From: Candidatus Iainarchaeum sp.
GTDB lineage: Archaea > Iainarchaeota > Iainarchaeia > Iainarchaeales > JAFCCW01
Direction: 5' to 3'
DNA: 64,000 nucleotides
Assembly (NCBI GenBank): GCA_017609985.1
Contig: JAFCCW010000013.1
Span: 25,520 to 89,519 of the forward strand
Shown in pieces: positions 51,570 through 60,411 of this stretch. Below the pieces are notes generated by a model that made no database searches, was not told the DNA's origin, and saw only the letters and a program-made list of their open reading frames with translations. Position 1 is the stretch's first letter. The number at the start of each line of letters is the position of its first letter. The position numbers and the translations under genes are program-made.

Positions 51570-51979
51570 AACAATCTGTTTATGATGCAACGCCTATTTC
51601 AGCAATTCCAAAGGAAACAACCCAGCTTCATTTTGTTCGGCCAGTAAAGTCTTCCAAGGTTGAAAAAATAATTTCTGTTCTCCCAATGCTTTCAAAAATT
51701 TCAATGAGCAAGTCCTGTCTTGAACGCCTTGCTCCTAAAACAAAGAAAATTATTAAATCAAGCGGAATTCCAATAAATGTGTCTTCAGAGCGTGGCAGAG
51801 CAATTGAGATTCCCTTTAACAAGCTTCTTCACGTAATTGAAATGTCAAAAGACGAGAGGCCTCTAAGGGAAATAGAGGAAACAACCGGTGTGCCGAAAAG
51901 CACTGTTCACTATCTTGTCAAATATGCTTCAAGAACAAAGATAAAGAATGGAAAAAAAACAGTTTATCTTGATGGCTAG
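51566..51979 (+). CDS. hypothetical protein with C-terminal helix-turn-helix
   Basis: 137 aa. The GTG start overlaps the PHP stop (GTGA). LREIEETTGVPKSTVHYLVKY looks like an HTH. Confidence 0.5.
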   Translation: MKQSVYDATPISAIPKETTQLHFVRPVKSSKVEKIISVLPMLSKISMSKSCLERLAPKTKKIIKSSGIPINVSSERGRAIEIPFNKLLHVIEMSKDERPLREIEETTGVPKSTVHYLVKYASRTKIKNGKKTVYLDG

Positions 51980-52018
51980 ACAATCAAAACTTTTTTATAG
52001 CATGAAAGTCTATTTTTA

Positions 52019-52360
52019 TTGATTACAATGACTGAAGAAGAAACTCATTTTGATGCCCGTGTTTTGGAACTTGTCAGGAAGGGAGACGAAGAAAAAGTTA
52101 GCCTGCTTAAAAATCTTAACAAAAAAATTCTTCCGTCTCAACTTGTGCGCATCCAGAAAAACGACAAGACAGTTCTTTCCGAATTGTTTCTTCCAAAATG
52201 GGTTAAGTGGAGCCTGTTGCAGTCTTGGGCTTCCAAGTACAAGCTCGCAGGCAAGGGAAACGAGTGCGTGCTCTGCTCTGAAAAAAACGAGTTAGGCATT
52301 GACTTCAACAATAACTTCATTTGTGAAAACTGCTTTGTGAGATTAAAGAATCTGAAATAA
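52019..52360 (+). CDS. hypothetical protein with C-terminal zinc-ribbon-like motif
   Basis: 113 aa. CVLCSEKNE...(13 aa)...CENCF gives two CxxC pairs. Confidence 0.45.
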   Translation: MITMTEEETHFDARVLELVRKGDEEKVSLLKNLNKKILPSQLVRIQKNDKTVLSELFLPKWVKWSLLQSWASKYKLAGKGNECVLCSEKNELGIDFNNNFICENCFVRLKNLK

Positions 52361-52361
52361 T

Positions 52362-53045
52362 CTATCTAGTTTCGAACATAACCCTTCCAAGCCTTATTTC
52401 TGTGCTTCCTTCTTCTACTGCAACTTCAAAGTCGTTGGACATCCCCATTGAGAGTTCTTTGAATTCTTCTCCAAAAAATGGTTTCAATTCGTTTAAAAGT
52501 TTCTGCATTTTCTTGAAAAAAGGTCTTGTCTGCTCTGCGTCCACAAACGGAGCAGAGCACATTAATCCAGTGAAGTTAATGTTTTCAAAGCCAGTGCACA
52601 CTTTTGCGAACTCTTTTAGTTCTTCAAGCTTAACGCCGTGTTTTTGTTTTTCTCCACCAATGTTCACTTCAATCAAGCACTTTTGTTTAATGCCTTGTTC
52701 TCTTGCTGCACAATTAATTTTTTCAGAGATTTTTTTCCTGTCAAGGCTTTCAATTACATCAAAGAGTTCAACAGTTTTCTTTACCTTGTTGCTTTGCAGT
52801 CCGCCTATGAAGTGCCAGTCGAGTCCTGTCTCTTTCAAGGCATCTATTTTTTTTTCTGCTTCTTGAAGATAGTTTTCTCCGCAAAGTCTGATTTCTGTTT
52901 GGGGAAAAGTTGCTGTTCTAATTTCTTCAATGCTTCTTCCCTTTGTTGCGGCAAGAATTTTTACATCCTCAGGGTTTCTTTGCGCTTTCTTGCAAGCATT
53001 CTTTACTCTCTCAAGAACCAAGAGATATTTCTTTTCCGAAAACAA
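52362..53045 (-). CDS. YggS-family pyridoxal-phosphate homeostasis protein
   Basis: 227 aa. ILAATKGRS carries the PLP Lys, plus HFIGGLQSNKVKK and LSMGMSNDFE. Confidence 0.85.
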   Translation of the reverse strand: MFSEKKYLLVLERVKNACKKAQRNPEDVKILAATKGRSIEEIRTATFPQTEIRLCGENYLQEAEKKIDALKETGLDWHFIGGLQSNKVKKTVELFDVIESLDRKKISEKINCAAREQGIKQKCLIEVNIGGEKQKHGVKLEELKEFAKVCTGFENINFTGLMCSAPFVDAEQTRPFFKKMQKLLNELKPFFGEEFKELSMGMSNDFEVAVEEGSTEIRLGRVMFETR

Positions 53046-53047
53046 GT

Positions 53048-53185
53048 TTACATCTCCGGTTTCTCAATTTTTCCCTGTACTCTGGAGTGGCATGCAGGAC
53101 ATTCATATTCAGCAATAGCAGTTCCTGAACTAATGCTTCCGATTCCAACTCGCATCATTTCAATTCCGCATTTAGTGCATTTCAT
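53048..53185 (-). CDS. small zinc-ribbon protein (45 aa)
   Basis: MKCTKCGIEMMRVGIGSISSGTAIAEYECPACHSRVQGKIEKPEM has two CxxC pairs. It is the C-terminal part of track ORF 53048-53503, whose upstream part is antisense to the HAD gene. Confidence 0.45.
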   Translation of the reverse strand: MKCTKCGIEMMRVGIGSISSGTAIAEYECPACHSRVQGKIEKPEM

Positions 53186-53237
53186 TAACCAATTGGCTCT
53201 GCAAGATTTTTTAAAAACATCCACTGCTAATATTTTC

Positions 53238-53909
53238 ATGTTCAAAGCAGTCTTGTTCGATCTTGACAACACCTTAATCGACTTTATGAAAATGAAGCGC
53301 TCTTGTTCTGAGTCAGCTGTTTCTGCAATGGTTAATGCTGGTCTTGAAACAACGGAAAAAAAAGCTCTTGAAATCTTGTTTGAAATGTACGAAGAGCACG
53401 GCATGGAAAACCAGAGCATTTTTGAAAAATTCTTAAAGCAGGTTTCCGGAAAAGTTGACCCAAAAATTCTTGCTTCCGGAATCGTGGCATACAGGCGGGT
53501 CAAGTCAGGTCACCTTGTTCCATATCCCCATGTTCAACACACTTTGATTAAACTCAAGGAAAAGGGAATAAAGCTTGGGATAGTAACTGATGCTCCAAGA
53601 AAACAAGCCTGGCTCAGGCTCGCAGAGCTCAATCTCACAGAATTCTTTGATGTAGTGGTTACTCTTGAAGACACTGGCAGACTAAAGCCCAGCAAGATGC
53701 CGTTTAAACAAGCAATAAATCATCTCTTTCTTAAACCAGAGGAGATTCTTTTTGTAGGTGACAATCCTAGGCGAGACATTGCTGGTGCAAAAAAGGTTGG
53801 GATGAAAACAGCTCTTGCAGAATATGGCTTGCTTGCAAAATCGAAGAAAACCGTAAAGTCAGATTTTTATCTCAAAGATATTTCTGATTTGATAAAAATT
53901 GTTGCATAA
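53238..53909 (+). CDS. HAD-family hydrolase
   Basis: MFKAVLFDLDNTLIDF is the DxDxT motif, plus GIVTDAPR and FVGDNPRRDIAGAKKVG. This is the real start inside the 423-aa track ORF, whose first 200 codons are antisense to yggS. Confidence 0.75.
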   Translation: MFKAVLFDLDNTLIDFMKMKRSCSESAVSAMVNAGLETTEKKALEILFEMYEEHGMENQSIFEKFLKQVSGKVDPKILASGIVAYRRVKSGHLVPYPHVQHTLIKLKEKGIKLGIVTDAPRKQAWLRLAELNLTEFFDVVVTLEDTGRLKPSKMPFKQAINHLFLKPEEILFVGDNPRRDIAGAKKVGMKTALAEYGLLAKSKKTVKSDFYLKDISDLIKIVA

Positions 53910-54052
53910 CAGTTTTGTCAGTGCAATATTTTTGTTTCTGGTTGATTTTGTTTGTGAGCTGTTTTGTTTCTGATTAACCTGTTTTGTCCAAGAAAGACTT
54001 TTTAAATCATTAAAACATATAATAAACACTGAAAAGCTGTTTTGGTGTTTTG

Positions 54053-54319
54053 ATGGGCTTTCTAAGATTTGTTGAAAAATATTCAATTATTCTTTTCATG
54101 ACACTGCTTATTGGTCTAGCTCTATTTTTCTTCGGAGACTTTGCCGGAGGCATGCGGTCTTATTGGATGCTTTTATCCCGCGGTCAATGGTGGAATCCAT
54201 TGTGGTGGCTTTTTGGAGACGGACAAAATGCTTTTCTCTTAACAATCTTTGTTTTTCTAATAGGGTATATTCTGAAAAAACTTCTTTACTGGGAGATACG
54301 AATTCAAAACAGGTTTTAG
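54053..54319 (+). CDS. hypothetical small membrane protein
   Basis: 88 aa with three hydrophobic segments. No family recognised. Confidence 0.4.
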   Translation: MGFLRFVEKYSIILFMTLLIGLALFFFGDFAGGMRSYWMLLSRGQWWNPLWWLFGDGQNAFLLTIFVFLIGYILKKLLYWEIRIQNRF

Positions 54320-54372
54320 ATTGCTTGTTTAAAATTTGACTGAAACTTGGATTCTTGAAACAAATCAGAATT

Positions 54373-55365
54373 TCAAGTATACTCTTTAACTTGCTTTCCA
54401 AGCTTCTTTGAAGCTAATTCAACACATTTTTCAAGGCATTCAGAGATACTGCCTTTTCCATTAAAGGCACCTGCTCCAGGGTGTCCGCCTCCGCTTCCAT
54501 TGAACTGATTTCCAAGTTTGCTAAAGACGTCTCTTGCAAGATCTATTTCTAATCTGTTAACAATGTGGCTGCTTGCTCTCCCTGAAACAATAATTTTTCC
54601 CTTGTCCGAGTCACCCACAAAAGCAATGTCTGCACCGATTCTAATAAGTGCATTTGCTGAATCTGCTTCAAATGCTCCTACTTTGGATGTAACAATAATA
54701 TGTTTTCCTGTGCTGAAAATTCGCGCGCGCTTTGCTGCCTTTATTCTGGCAATTTTTTCTCCAGCAGTTTTTTCAACATTAAAAAGCGAAACAATTTCTG
54801 AAAAAGTCTTTCCAGAAGCATTTATTGCTTCTGCCATAAAGGAAAATGTTTCAGAGTTTGCAACATGAAAAAAGTTTGAATCAGTAATTATTCCTGCTGC
54901 AATCAAAATGCCCTGTTCTTTTTCAATTTTTTGATTATTCTTTTTAATAAGGCTCATCACAAGTTCTGTGCTAGAAACAGCATTGCTTTTTACAAAGGAA
55001 TTACTCTTTGAAACAATTGTTGTTTCAGAAGCAGAGTGATGGTCTATTGCAAAAAGCTTCTTTTTGAAGTTTTTTATTTCCTGTTCCATAGCTCCAGCCA
55101 TTTCAAAAGAATTAAAATCAACAAGCACAGCTGAATCAAATTCATCCAGAGACTTGTTTACTTCAAAAGAGTTCCCAATTTTTTCTGCAAGAGCTTTTGC
55201 TGAAAGATTTGCATGGTCTGGAACAATTACCTGCACAAAAGCTTTTTCTTTAAGGAGAGCTTTTTCGAGTACAAATGCGGTAGCAACAGCGTCAACATCT
55301 GCACCCGTATGAGTAATCAAAGCGACTTTTTTTCCCTTAAATTGTGAAAAAGAAGGGAAAACCAT
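54373..55365 (-). CDS. DHH/DHHA1 phosphoesterase (NrnA-like)
   Basis: ITHTGADVDAV, AIDHHS (DHH) and GGGHPGAGAF (DHHA1) motifs. Confidence 0.8.
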   Translation of the reverse strand: MVFPSFSQFKGKKVALITHTGADVDAVATAFVLEKALLKEKAFVQVIVPDHANLSAKALAEKIGNSFEVNKSLDEFDSAVLVDFNSFEMAGAMEQEIKNFKKKLFAIDHHSASETTIVSKSNSFVKSNAVSSTELVMSLIKKNNQKIEKEQGILIAAGIITDSNFFHVANSETFSFMAEAINASGKTFSEIVSLFNVEKTAGEKIARIKAAKRARIFSTGKHIIVTSKVGAFEADSANALIRIGADIAFVGDSDKGKIIVSGRASSHIVNRLEIDLARDVFSKLGNQFNGSGGGHPGAGAFNGKGSISECLEKCVELASKKLGKQVKEYT

Positions 55366-55369
55366 CTAA

Positions 55370-55738
55370 TCACTTCTCTTTTTTCTCTTCCTCTTTTTCT
55401 GCTTTGCCTGCAGAACCCTCTAGTTCACTCTTTATCTTGTTCAGCTTTTTTACAAGAGTGTCTTCCTGTTTTTGAAGAGTTTTTACTCTTAAATCAGCTG
55501 ACTCAATATTTTCTTTGAGTTCTTTTTTCATTTCTGCGACATCTTTCTGGATAAGAATATTTCCAACTGCCTTGAAAACCTTTTTTTCCTTGCTGTTTTC
55601 AATTTCTTCTTTTGCTGCCTTGAGAGCTCTTGACTGGGCCTGCAACTGTTGTTTTTGTGCAGAAATCCCCATTAACTGATTTCTGTTTTTATCAAATTCT
55701 GCCAGCATTTGCGGGTCAATATTGTTTCCATTCGTCAT
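55370..55738 (-). CDS. pfdB: prefoldin beta subunit
   Basis: 122 aa. Two coiled-coil arms flank VFKAVGNILIQKD. Conserved member of the exosome superoperon. Confidence 0.8.
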   Translation of the reverse strand: MTNGNNIDPQMLAEFDKNRNQLMGISAQKQQLQAQSRALKAAKEEIENSKEKKVFKAVGNILIQKDVAEMKKELKENIESADLRVKTLQKQEDTLVKKLNKIKSELEGSAGKAEKEEEKKEK

Positions 55739-55980
55739 TCAAACAACCTCCTTAACTTCTCTGATAAAACAATTGATTTTAGATAAGAATTAACTGAAGC
55801 GCGCAATGCTGCTCTATCCTTTGCTTCAATTGAGATAACAATATTTTTCTTATCTGTATTTATTTCAACTCTTGAACGCTTTTCATGCCTTGAATCTAGG
55901 TCTGGAGAAACGCTTTTTTTTACAAGCCTAGATTCTTTTTCTCCCAGTGAAAGGCTTGTGCTGAAACTATACTCAGCCAT
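55735..55980 (-). CDS. KEOPS subunit Pcc1-like protein
   Basis: 81 aa. IVISIEAKDRAALRASVNSYLKSI matches the Pcc1/CTAG wording. ATGA overlap with pfdB. Confidence 0.65.
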   Translation of the reverse strand: MAEYSFSTSLSLGEKESRLVKKSVSPDLDSRHEKRSRVEINTDKKNIVISIEAKDRAALRASVNSYLKSIVLSEKLRRLFE

Positions 55981-55984
55981 TTAA

Positions 55985-56116
55985 CTATCTCCCTTTCACT
56001 TCTTTTGTAATTGGGATTCTTTCCTTGTAAAGCACTTTATAGGCGCAAACAGGACACCTAATTACTCCGTCTGAAAGACTTTCAAATCTTTCTCCACATT
56101 TTCCACACCTGTACAT
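55985..56116 (-). CDS. rpoP: DNA-directed RNA polymerase subunit Rpo12 (RpoP)
   Basis: Below the track cutoff. MYRCGKCGERFESLSDGVIRCPVCAYKVLYKERIPITKEVKGR, 43 aa, is a CxxC...CxxC zinc ribbon typical of RpoP/Rpc10. It sits next to L37ae. Confidence 0.75.
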   Translation of the reverse strand: MYRCGKCGERFESLSDGVIRCPVCAYKVLYKERIPITKEVKGR

Positions 56117-56123
56117 GAAACCA

Positions 56124-56660
56124 CTACTCCTTTTTTTTCTCTATTTTTTCTTCTTTCATGTTTTCTTCAATGGCTTCTTTTTCAGAAACTTTTTTTGGTT
56201 TCTTTTTTTCTGAATCACTGTCTTCTAAACTTTCTTTATTTTCTTCTTTTGTTTTCTTTGACTTTTTTTCCTGTTCTTTTTTTTCTTTTTCTTTGACAGT
56301 TTTTTCTTCAGAAACTTCTTCAAGGATTTCTTTCTCGCTTTCCTCTCCTTCTTTACCAGCTTCTTCTTTTGAACTGATTAGTTCTGAAAGATTTGAAAGA
56401 AATTTCTTTTGAGAAACCATTTTTCCAACGATTCTTCCAGTCATAGTAGTTGGAGTATATGAACCGCCTGCAAAAGTTTCATCGCATTTCTTGCATTTAA
56501 AGATGCCTGGTGAAACCCGGATAACTGTTGGTTTTCCGCATTTTGGACAAGTCTGCTTTTTTTTCTGTATTTTTTCAACTTTTAGCAGTCTCTTCCTTAT
56601 CCCTACTCCATATCTGGGGCCATATCTTCCTGTGCTTTTTACTTTCTTTGTTTCTCCCAT
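56124..56660 (-). CDS. rpl37ae: 50S ribosomal protein L37Ae (eL43) with ~90-aa K/E-rich C-terminal extension
   Basis: GRYGPRYGVGIRKR and the zinc ribbon CPKCGK...CKKCDETFAGGSY. The usual protein length is about 90 aa; this one is 178 aa. Confidence 0.85.
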   Translation of the reverse strand: MGETKKVKSTGRYGPRYGVGIRKRLLKVEKIQKKKQTCPKCGKPTVIRVSPGIFKCKKCDETFAGGSYTPTTMTGRIVGKMVSQKKFLSNLSELISSKEEAGKEGEESEKEILEEVSEEKTVKEKEKKEQEKKSKKTKEENKESLEDSDSEKKKPKKVSEKEAIEENMKEEKIEKKKE

Positions 56661-56673
56661 TGTAATACACCTT

Positions 56674-57495
56674 TTAGATCTTTTTTCTTACATCCTTTGC
56701 TTTTTTCACGGCTGTTTCAATGCACCATTCAATTTCTTTTGCATTAAATGTTCCCTGGCCACCTTTTTGGAACGCTGTGAGAATGTTGTCCTCTGTGGAA
56801 GCAATTGAAACTCGCGCATCTGCTGCTTTTTGTTCTCCAAGATTTGCGTCAAGCACAATTGTATTGCCAATCTTGTAAAAAGTGGTTAACAGAGGGGTTT
56901 TTTCAACTGCTAAATCTCCACTAAATCCTTTTTTTACAATCTTGTCGTCTTTGTCTAGTTTTGGAATTTTTGTTTTGTGCAATGCTGCAATGCAAGCGAT
57001 TGCCGTTGCATCAAACAGGTTTCCATCATCGTTCACTGCATAACAGTCAATGAATGCAATCCAGACAAGTTCCCCCTTTCTAATGCAGAGCTTTTTGAAA
57101 TCAATTGTTTTGCTTTCTCTTATTCCCCTGTCAACAACTCTTGCAAGCTCTATTGCAGCCTCTCTTGGAGGGCCTGCTTCAAATTCAGGAGATGCAAGCG
57201 GAAGAAGTTCTGCTCCAATAGAGATTGTTCCCTCATCAGGAGAATCTGGATATGGTTCTCCAGTAATTAATTTTACTCCTGCGATAACCTCTGTTTTGCC
57301 AAGCTTTACTCTGGCACTGCCCTCTGCATTTTCACTTATTCCAGTTTCAATAGTTAATTCACGGAATTCGTCAACCGCTCTTCCGTCCTGTCTTTTTCCG
57401 TTTTTAAGGTCTTCTTTGACCTGTTTTGCTTTTACCTGCCATAATATATCTTCCATCAAATCACCATCACTTGCTTTCCTTTCCAACATTTGCAT
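56674..57495 (-). CDS. rrp42: exosome complex component Rrp42
   Basis: RNase PH-like fold. NGKRQDGRAVDEFREL is near the N-terminus. An alternative start MEDILWQ at 57456 would remove the overlap with rrp41. Confidence 0.85.
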   Translation of the reverse strand: MQMLERKASDGDLMEDILWQVKAKQVKEDLKNGKRQDGRAVDEFRELTIETGISENAEGSARVKLGKTEVIAGVKLITGEPYPDSPDEGTISIGAELLPLASPEFEAGPPREAAIELARVVDRGIRESKTIDFKKLCIRKGELVWIAFIDCYAVNDDGNLFDATAIACIAALHKTKIPKLDKDDKIVKKGFSGDLAVEKTPLLTTFYKIGNTIVLDANLGEQKAADARVSIASTEDNILTAFQKGGQGTFNAKEIEWCIETAVKKAKDVRKKI

Positions 57496-58246
57496 ATTTT
57501 TTCTTCAATGCATCCTGCTGGATTTTGTATACTTCATTACATCCCTTCACTCCGAGAGCATAGGCTTTCTTCCACTCCTCTTTTGTGAGCAAGCCGTCCA
57601 TTTGAAGCAGAGTAATTTCCTCTGTTCTGGGCATAATTGCCAGCGGGATATCAACTGCATCAGGAGCGTCTTCTTCATCCTTGTTCAAATCAAGGATAAT
57701 TTCCCCTCCAGCTTTTCCAACACCAACTGCTGAAACAAGATCTCTCATTGGAATTCCAGCATCAACCAGTGCAACGCTTGCAGCTGCAAGAGCAGCAACT
57801 CTTGTTCCAGCATTACTGTCAAGAATTTCAACAAAAATATCTATTGCTGCATTTGGGTACTTTTCCAGGAAAATTGCTCCTGCAAGAGCTTCGCTGCAGA
57901 CTTTTGAAATTTCTATTTCTCTTCTTCCGGGAGCAGGTCTTTTTCTGTCCGGAACAGAGAATGTTGCCATTCTATAACTAAAGTTTACAAGAGCCTTTTC
58001 AGGATCCTGCTTGTGCTTAGGCAGAGCCTCTTTTGGGCCGTGCACTCCAACAAGCACCTTGTTCTGTCCCCATTCAAGATAAGCAGAACCGTCAGCTGAA
58101 TCAATCACGCCAACATCAATTTTAATAGGTCTTAACTCGTCAACCTTTCTTCCGTCGAGTCTTTTTCCCTTTTTTACATATTCGATTTTTTCATTTTTTA
58201 CTTTAGTCAAATTAATCACCTTTTCCTTTTTTTCCCTCTTTTTCAA
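57467..58246 (-). CDS. rrp41: exosome complex exonuclease Rrp41 (RNase PH domain)
   Basis: GKRLDGRKVDELRPIKI, GSAYLEWGQNKV and PGRREIEISK motifs. Confidence 0.9.
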   Translation of the reverse strand: MKKREKKEKVINLTKVKNEKIEYVKKGKRLDGRKVDELRPIKIDVGVIDSADGSAYLEWGQNKVLVGVHGPKEALPKHKQDPEKALVNFSYRMATFSVPDRKRPAPGRREIEISKVCSEALAGAIFLEKYPNAAIDIFVEILDSNAGTRVAALAAASVALVDAGIPMRDLVSAVGVGKAGGEIILDLNKDEEDAPDAVDIPLAIMPRTEEITLLQMDGLLTKEEWKKAYALGVKGCNEVYKIQQDALKKKYANVGKESK

Positions 58247-58859
58247 GGAATTCTTTCACGGAGTTTGTCAGATTGCTTAAATGAGCCTCGTCCTGAATCT
58301 TGCAGACTGCTTTTTTCAACAACTGAATATTTCCTCCCTTGACCCAGGCTCTTCCATTTCTTCCAACAAGAATATTAGCGCCTGTTCCGTCTTTCAAAAC
58401 CTGAAGCATTGAACCATTCTTGCCGATAAGCCTTGGAACCTGCACTGGATTCACATTCATAACTTCTCCGCCATAAAAAACGCGAACGCTTTCAAGGTCT
58501 GCTTCATTTATTTCATTAACCTTTGAAACTTTTGCGGAAATCACTGTTCCTCTCCCCACTCTGTCCCTTATTTCGTCCTTTGAAACATATGATTCATAGA
58601 TTGAATTAATGTCAACTGTGTAACCTGAATATTTTTCGTCAGAAATAATTCCAAGTATAAGGTCGTTTTGCTGAGGTACATATCTTCCCTTCAATGGAAC
58701 AACTGACGCTGTGTCTCCAGAATCAGAATAAATTCCCATTCTGGTCGAAATTATTTTTCCATTTTCCACATAAACGTGGCTGCCAGGTCTTTTTCTCTCT
58801 TCACTAACTATTTCTCCTGGCACAACAATCTTTTTGTCATTTTTCACCATTTTTTTCAC
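58212..58859 (-). CDS. rrp4: exosome RNA-binding subunit Rrp4 (S1 + KH)
   Basis: VVPGEIV at the N-terminus, an S1 domain (DLILGIISDE...YTVDI) and a KH domain (IGKNGSMLQVLKDGTGANI). Confidence 0.85.
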   Translation of the reverse strand: MKKMVKNDKKIVVPGEIVSEERKRPGSHVYVENGKIISTRMGIYSDSGDTASVVPLKGRYVPQQNDLILGIISDEKYSGYTVDINSIYESYVSKDEIRDRVGRGTVISAKVSKVNEINEADLESVRVFYGGEVMNVNPVQVPRLIGKNGSMLQVLKDGTGANILVGRNGRAWVKGGNIQLLKKAVCKIQDEAHLSNLTNSVKEFLEKEGKKGKGD

Positions 58860-59551
58860 TTCTCCAAAATTTTTGTTTCAATATTACCGTGTGTTATGCT
58901 ATTGAGCTCGTTAAAAAGCTCTCCCTTTAATCCTGCAGGAATTTCTACAACCGCAATCAGCGAACCATCATTCTGCCATTCCTCTTTTTTCAAATTATAG
59001 GAACGAAGAGAGTTTGCTGCTTTTCCAGAGTGTTCAGCAGGAATTTTTATTGCAATTGAAAGCTTTTCAAACGAAATCGGAATAATTTTTTTGATTTCAT
59101 CAAGGATTTCAGGAATCTGCTCTTCCGCACTCTTTTCAGCCTGAATATTTATTCCAGCTTCATTTAATGCGTTTTCAACCCGTTTAGGGGGGTGAGGTGC
59201 ATTGGTTTGCGGATTAACAGCATTTTTTGCAATAATATCAATTACTTCCTTTCTTCTGTCCTCCTTCATTTTCTTTCTTTGCTCGGTTGTGAGCTGAACA
59301 CTTCCTTCCTTTAAAATCTTTTTAACAATTTCTTCAACATTATTTGAATTGAAAACTTCCTGCAATGCCCCGTCTCCTGCTTCCTCCCCCTTTGCAGAAT
59401 CCTTGAAAACAGTATCAATTGCAAGCATCTCATCAAAGTTTACTTGCTCACCCTTTTTGAAATTCATTGCGAGATCAGGGTCAACCAAAACTTCAAATTT
59501 GTGACCATGGCTTTCAAGCCGTGCAATCACGGCATCGTCCAATTTAACCAT
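58856..59551 (-). CDS. SBDS-family ribosome maturation protein (Sdo1)
   Basis: VIARLESHGHKFEVLVDPDLAMNFKKG is the typical SBDS N-terminus. 231 aa. Confidence 0.85.
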   Translation of the reverse strand: MVKLDDAVIARLESHGHKFEVLVDPDLAMNFKKGEQVNFDEMLAIDTVFKDSAKGEEAGDGALQEVFNSNNVEEIVKKILKEGSVQLTTEQRKKMKEDRRKEVIDIIAKNAVNPQTNAPHPPKRVENALNEAGINIQAEKSAEEQIPEILDEIKKIIPISFEKLSIAIKIPAEHSGKAANSLRSYNLKKEEWQNDGSLIAVVEIPAGLKGELFNELNSITHGNIETKILEK

Positions 59552-59570
59552 TGCAAATTACCTTTGCTGA

Positions 59571-60302
59571 CTATTCAGCTTTTTTCCCTAAAATAGATTT
59601 CAACTCATTTTTTGAAATCCTTTCAAACTTCTTTCCTTTTTCAATAAACGCAAAATCAAGCCTGTTTACATCAGCTTTTTCTTTTTCAAGACCTTTCTCG
59701 ATTGCATTCACAATCAAATTGACTCCGTTTTCAAACGAGATATTGTCTTTGTAATTTTTCTCAAAGTGCGTCATTGCATTTTTTCTGCCTTTTCCAATTG
59801 CAATCGCCTTGTATTCTGCAAGAGCTCCAGAAGGCTCTGTTTCAAAGAGTCTTGCTCCGTTATCGTCATAACCGCCAATTATCAGAGAAATTCCAAAAGG
59901 TCGCATTCCTGCATACTGGGTAAACAACTGCTTTGTTCCAGCAACCTTTTTTACAAGAGTTTCTACTCCTATTTTTTCCTCATAATACATCTTGTTTTCC
60001 TGAGCTTCCTTTCTTGCAAACTGAATAATTCTTCTTGCATCGCCAACAAGACCGGAGGAGATTGCTCCAAGATGGCTGTCAATTTTGAAAAGCTTCTCAA
60101 TGCTGTCCGGAATAATCATTTTGCTGACAACTTTCTTGTCTGCTCCAAAAATTACTCCATTGCTGTAAACAAGACCTGCTCCCAGAGTGCCCTGCTCCAC
60201 GATTTTTGAAGCATATTCTACCTGATAGAGTCTCCCGTCTGGGGAAAACATTGTCGCAACCCTGTCATAAGCATTACTTTTTTTGTTAGCCATTGGATAC
60301 AA
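59571..60302 (-). CDS. psmA: proteasome subunit alpha
   Basis: YDRVATMFSPDGRLYQVEYA is the alpha-subunit signature. The start could be the second Met (MANKKS, 60293). Confidence 0.9.
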   Translation of the reverse strand: MYPMANKKSNAYDRVATMFSPDGRLYQVEYASKIVEQGTLGAGLVYSNGVIFGADKKVVSKMIIPDSIEKLFKIDSHLGAISSGLVGDARRIIQFARKEAQENKMYYEEKIGVETLVKKVAGTKQLFTQYAGMRPFGISLIIGGYDDNGARLFETEPSGALAEYKAIAIGKGRKNAMTHFEKNYKDNISFENGVNLIVNAIEKGLEKEKADVNRLDFAFIEKGKKFERISKNELKSILGKKAE

Positions 60303-60411
60303 AATATCACCTAAAAAAGCTTTTTTTTCGTCTCTCTTTGACTAACAATATAGATAACATAAGCTTTTTAAAGGAAACTAAGCCTGAGATTTTCAAAGAC
60401 AAAACAGGCTT

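Noticed and set aside
52638-53237. N-terminal 200 codons of the 423-aa track ORF 52638-53909.
   Set aside because: This part is antisense to yggS and to the small zinc-ribbon gene. The HAD domain begins with its DxDxT motif right after the ATG at 53238, so only 53238-53909 is called.
53911-54049. T/G-rich CTGTTTTG-like motifs in the 53.9-54.05 kb spacer, and an 11-mer (GTTTTGTCAGT) shared with 48158-48168.
   Set aside because: The motifs are short and low-complexity in an AT-rich genome. By a rough estimate, an 11-mer match among several kb of intergenic DNA is expected by chance.
57050-57733. 227-aa plus-strand ORF spanning the rrp42/rrp41 junction.
   Set aside because: It is antisense to two strongly supported RNase PH-domain genes.
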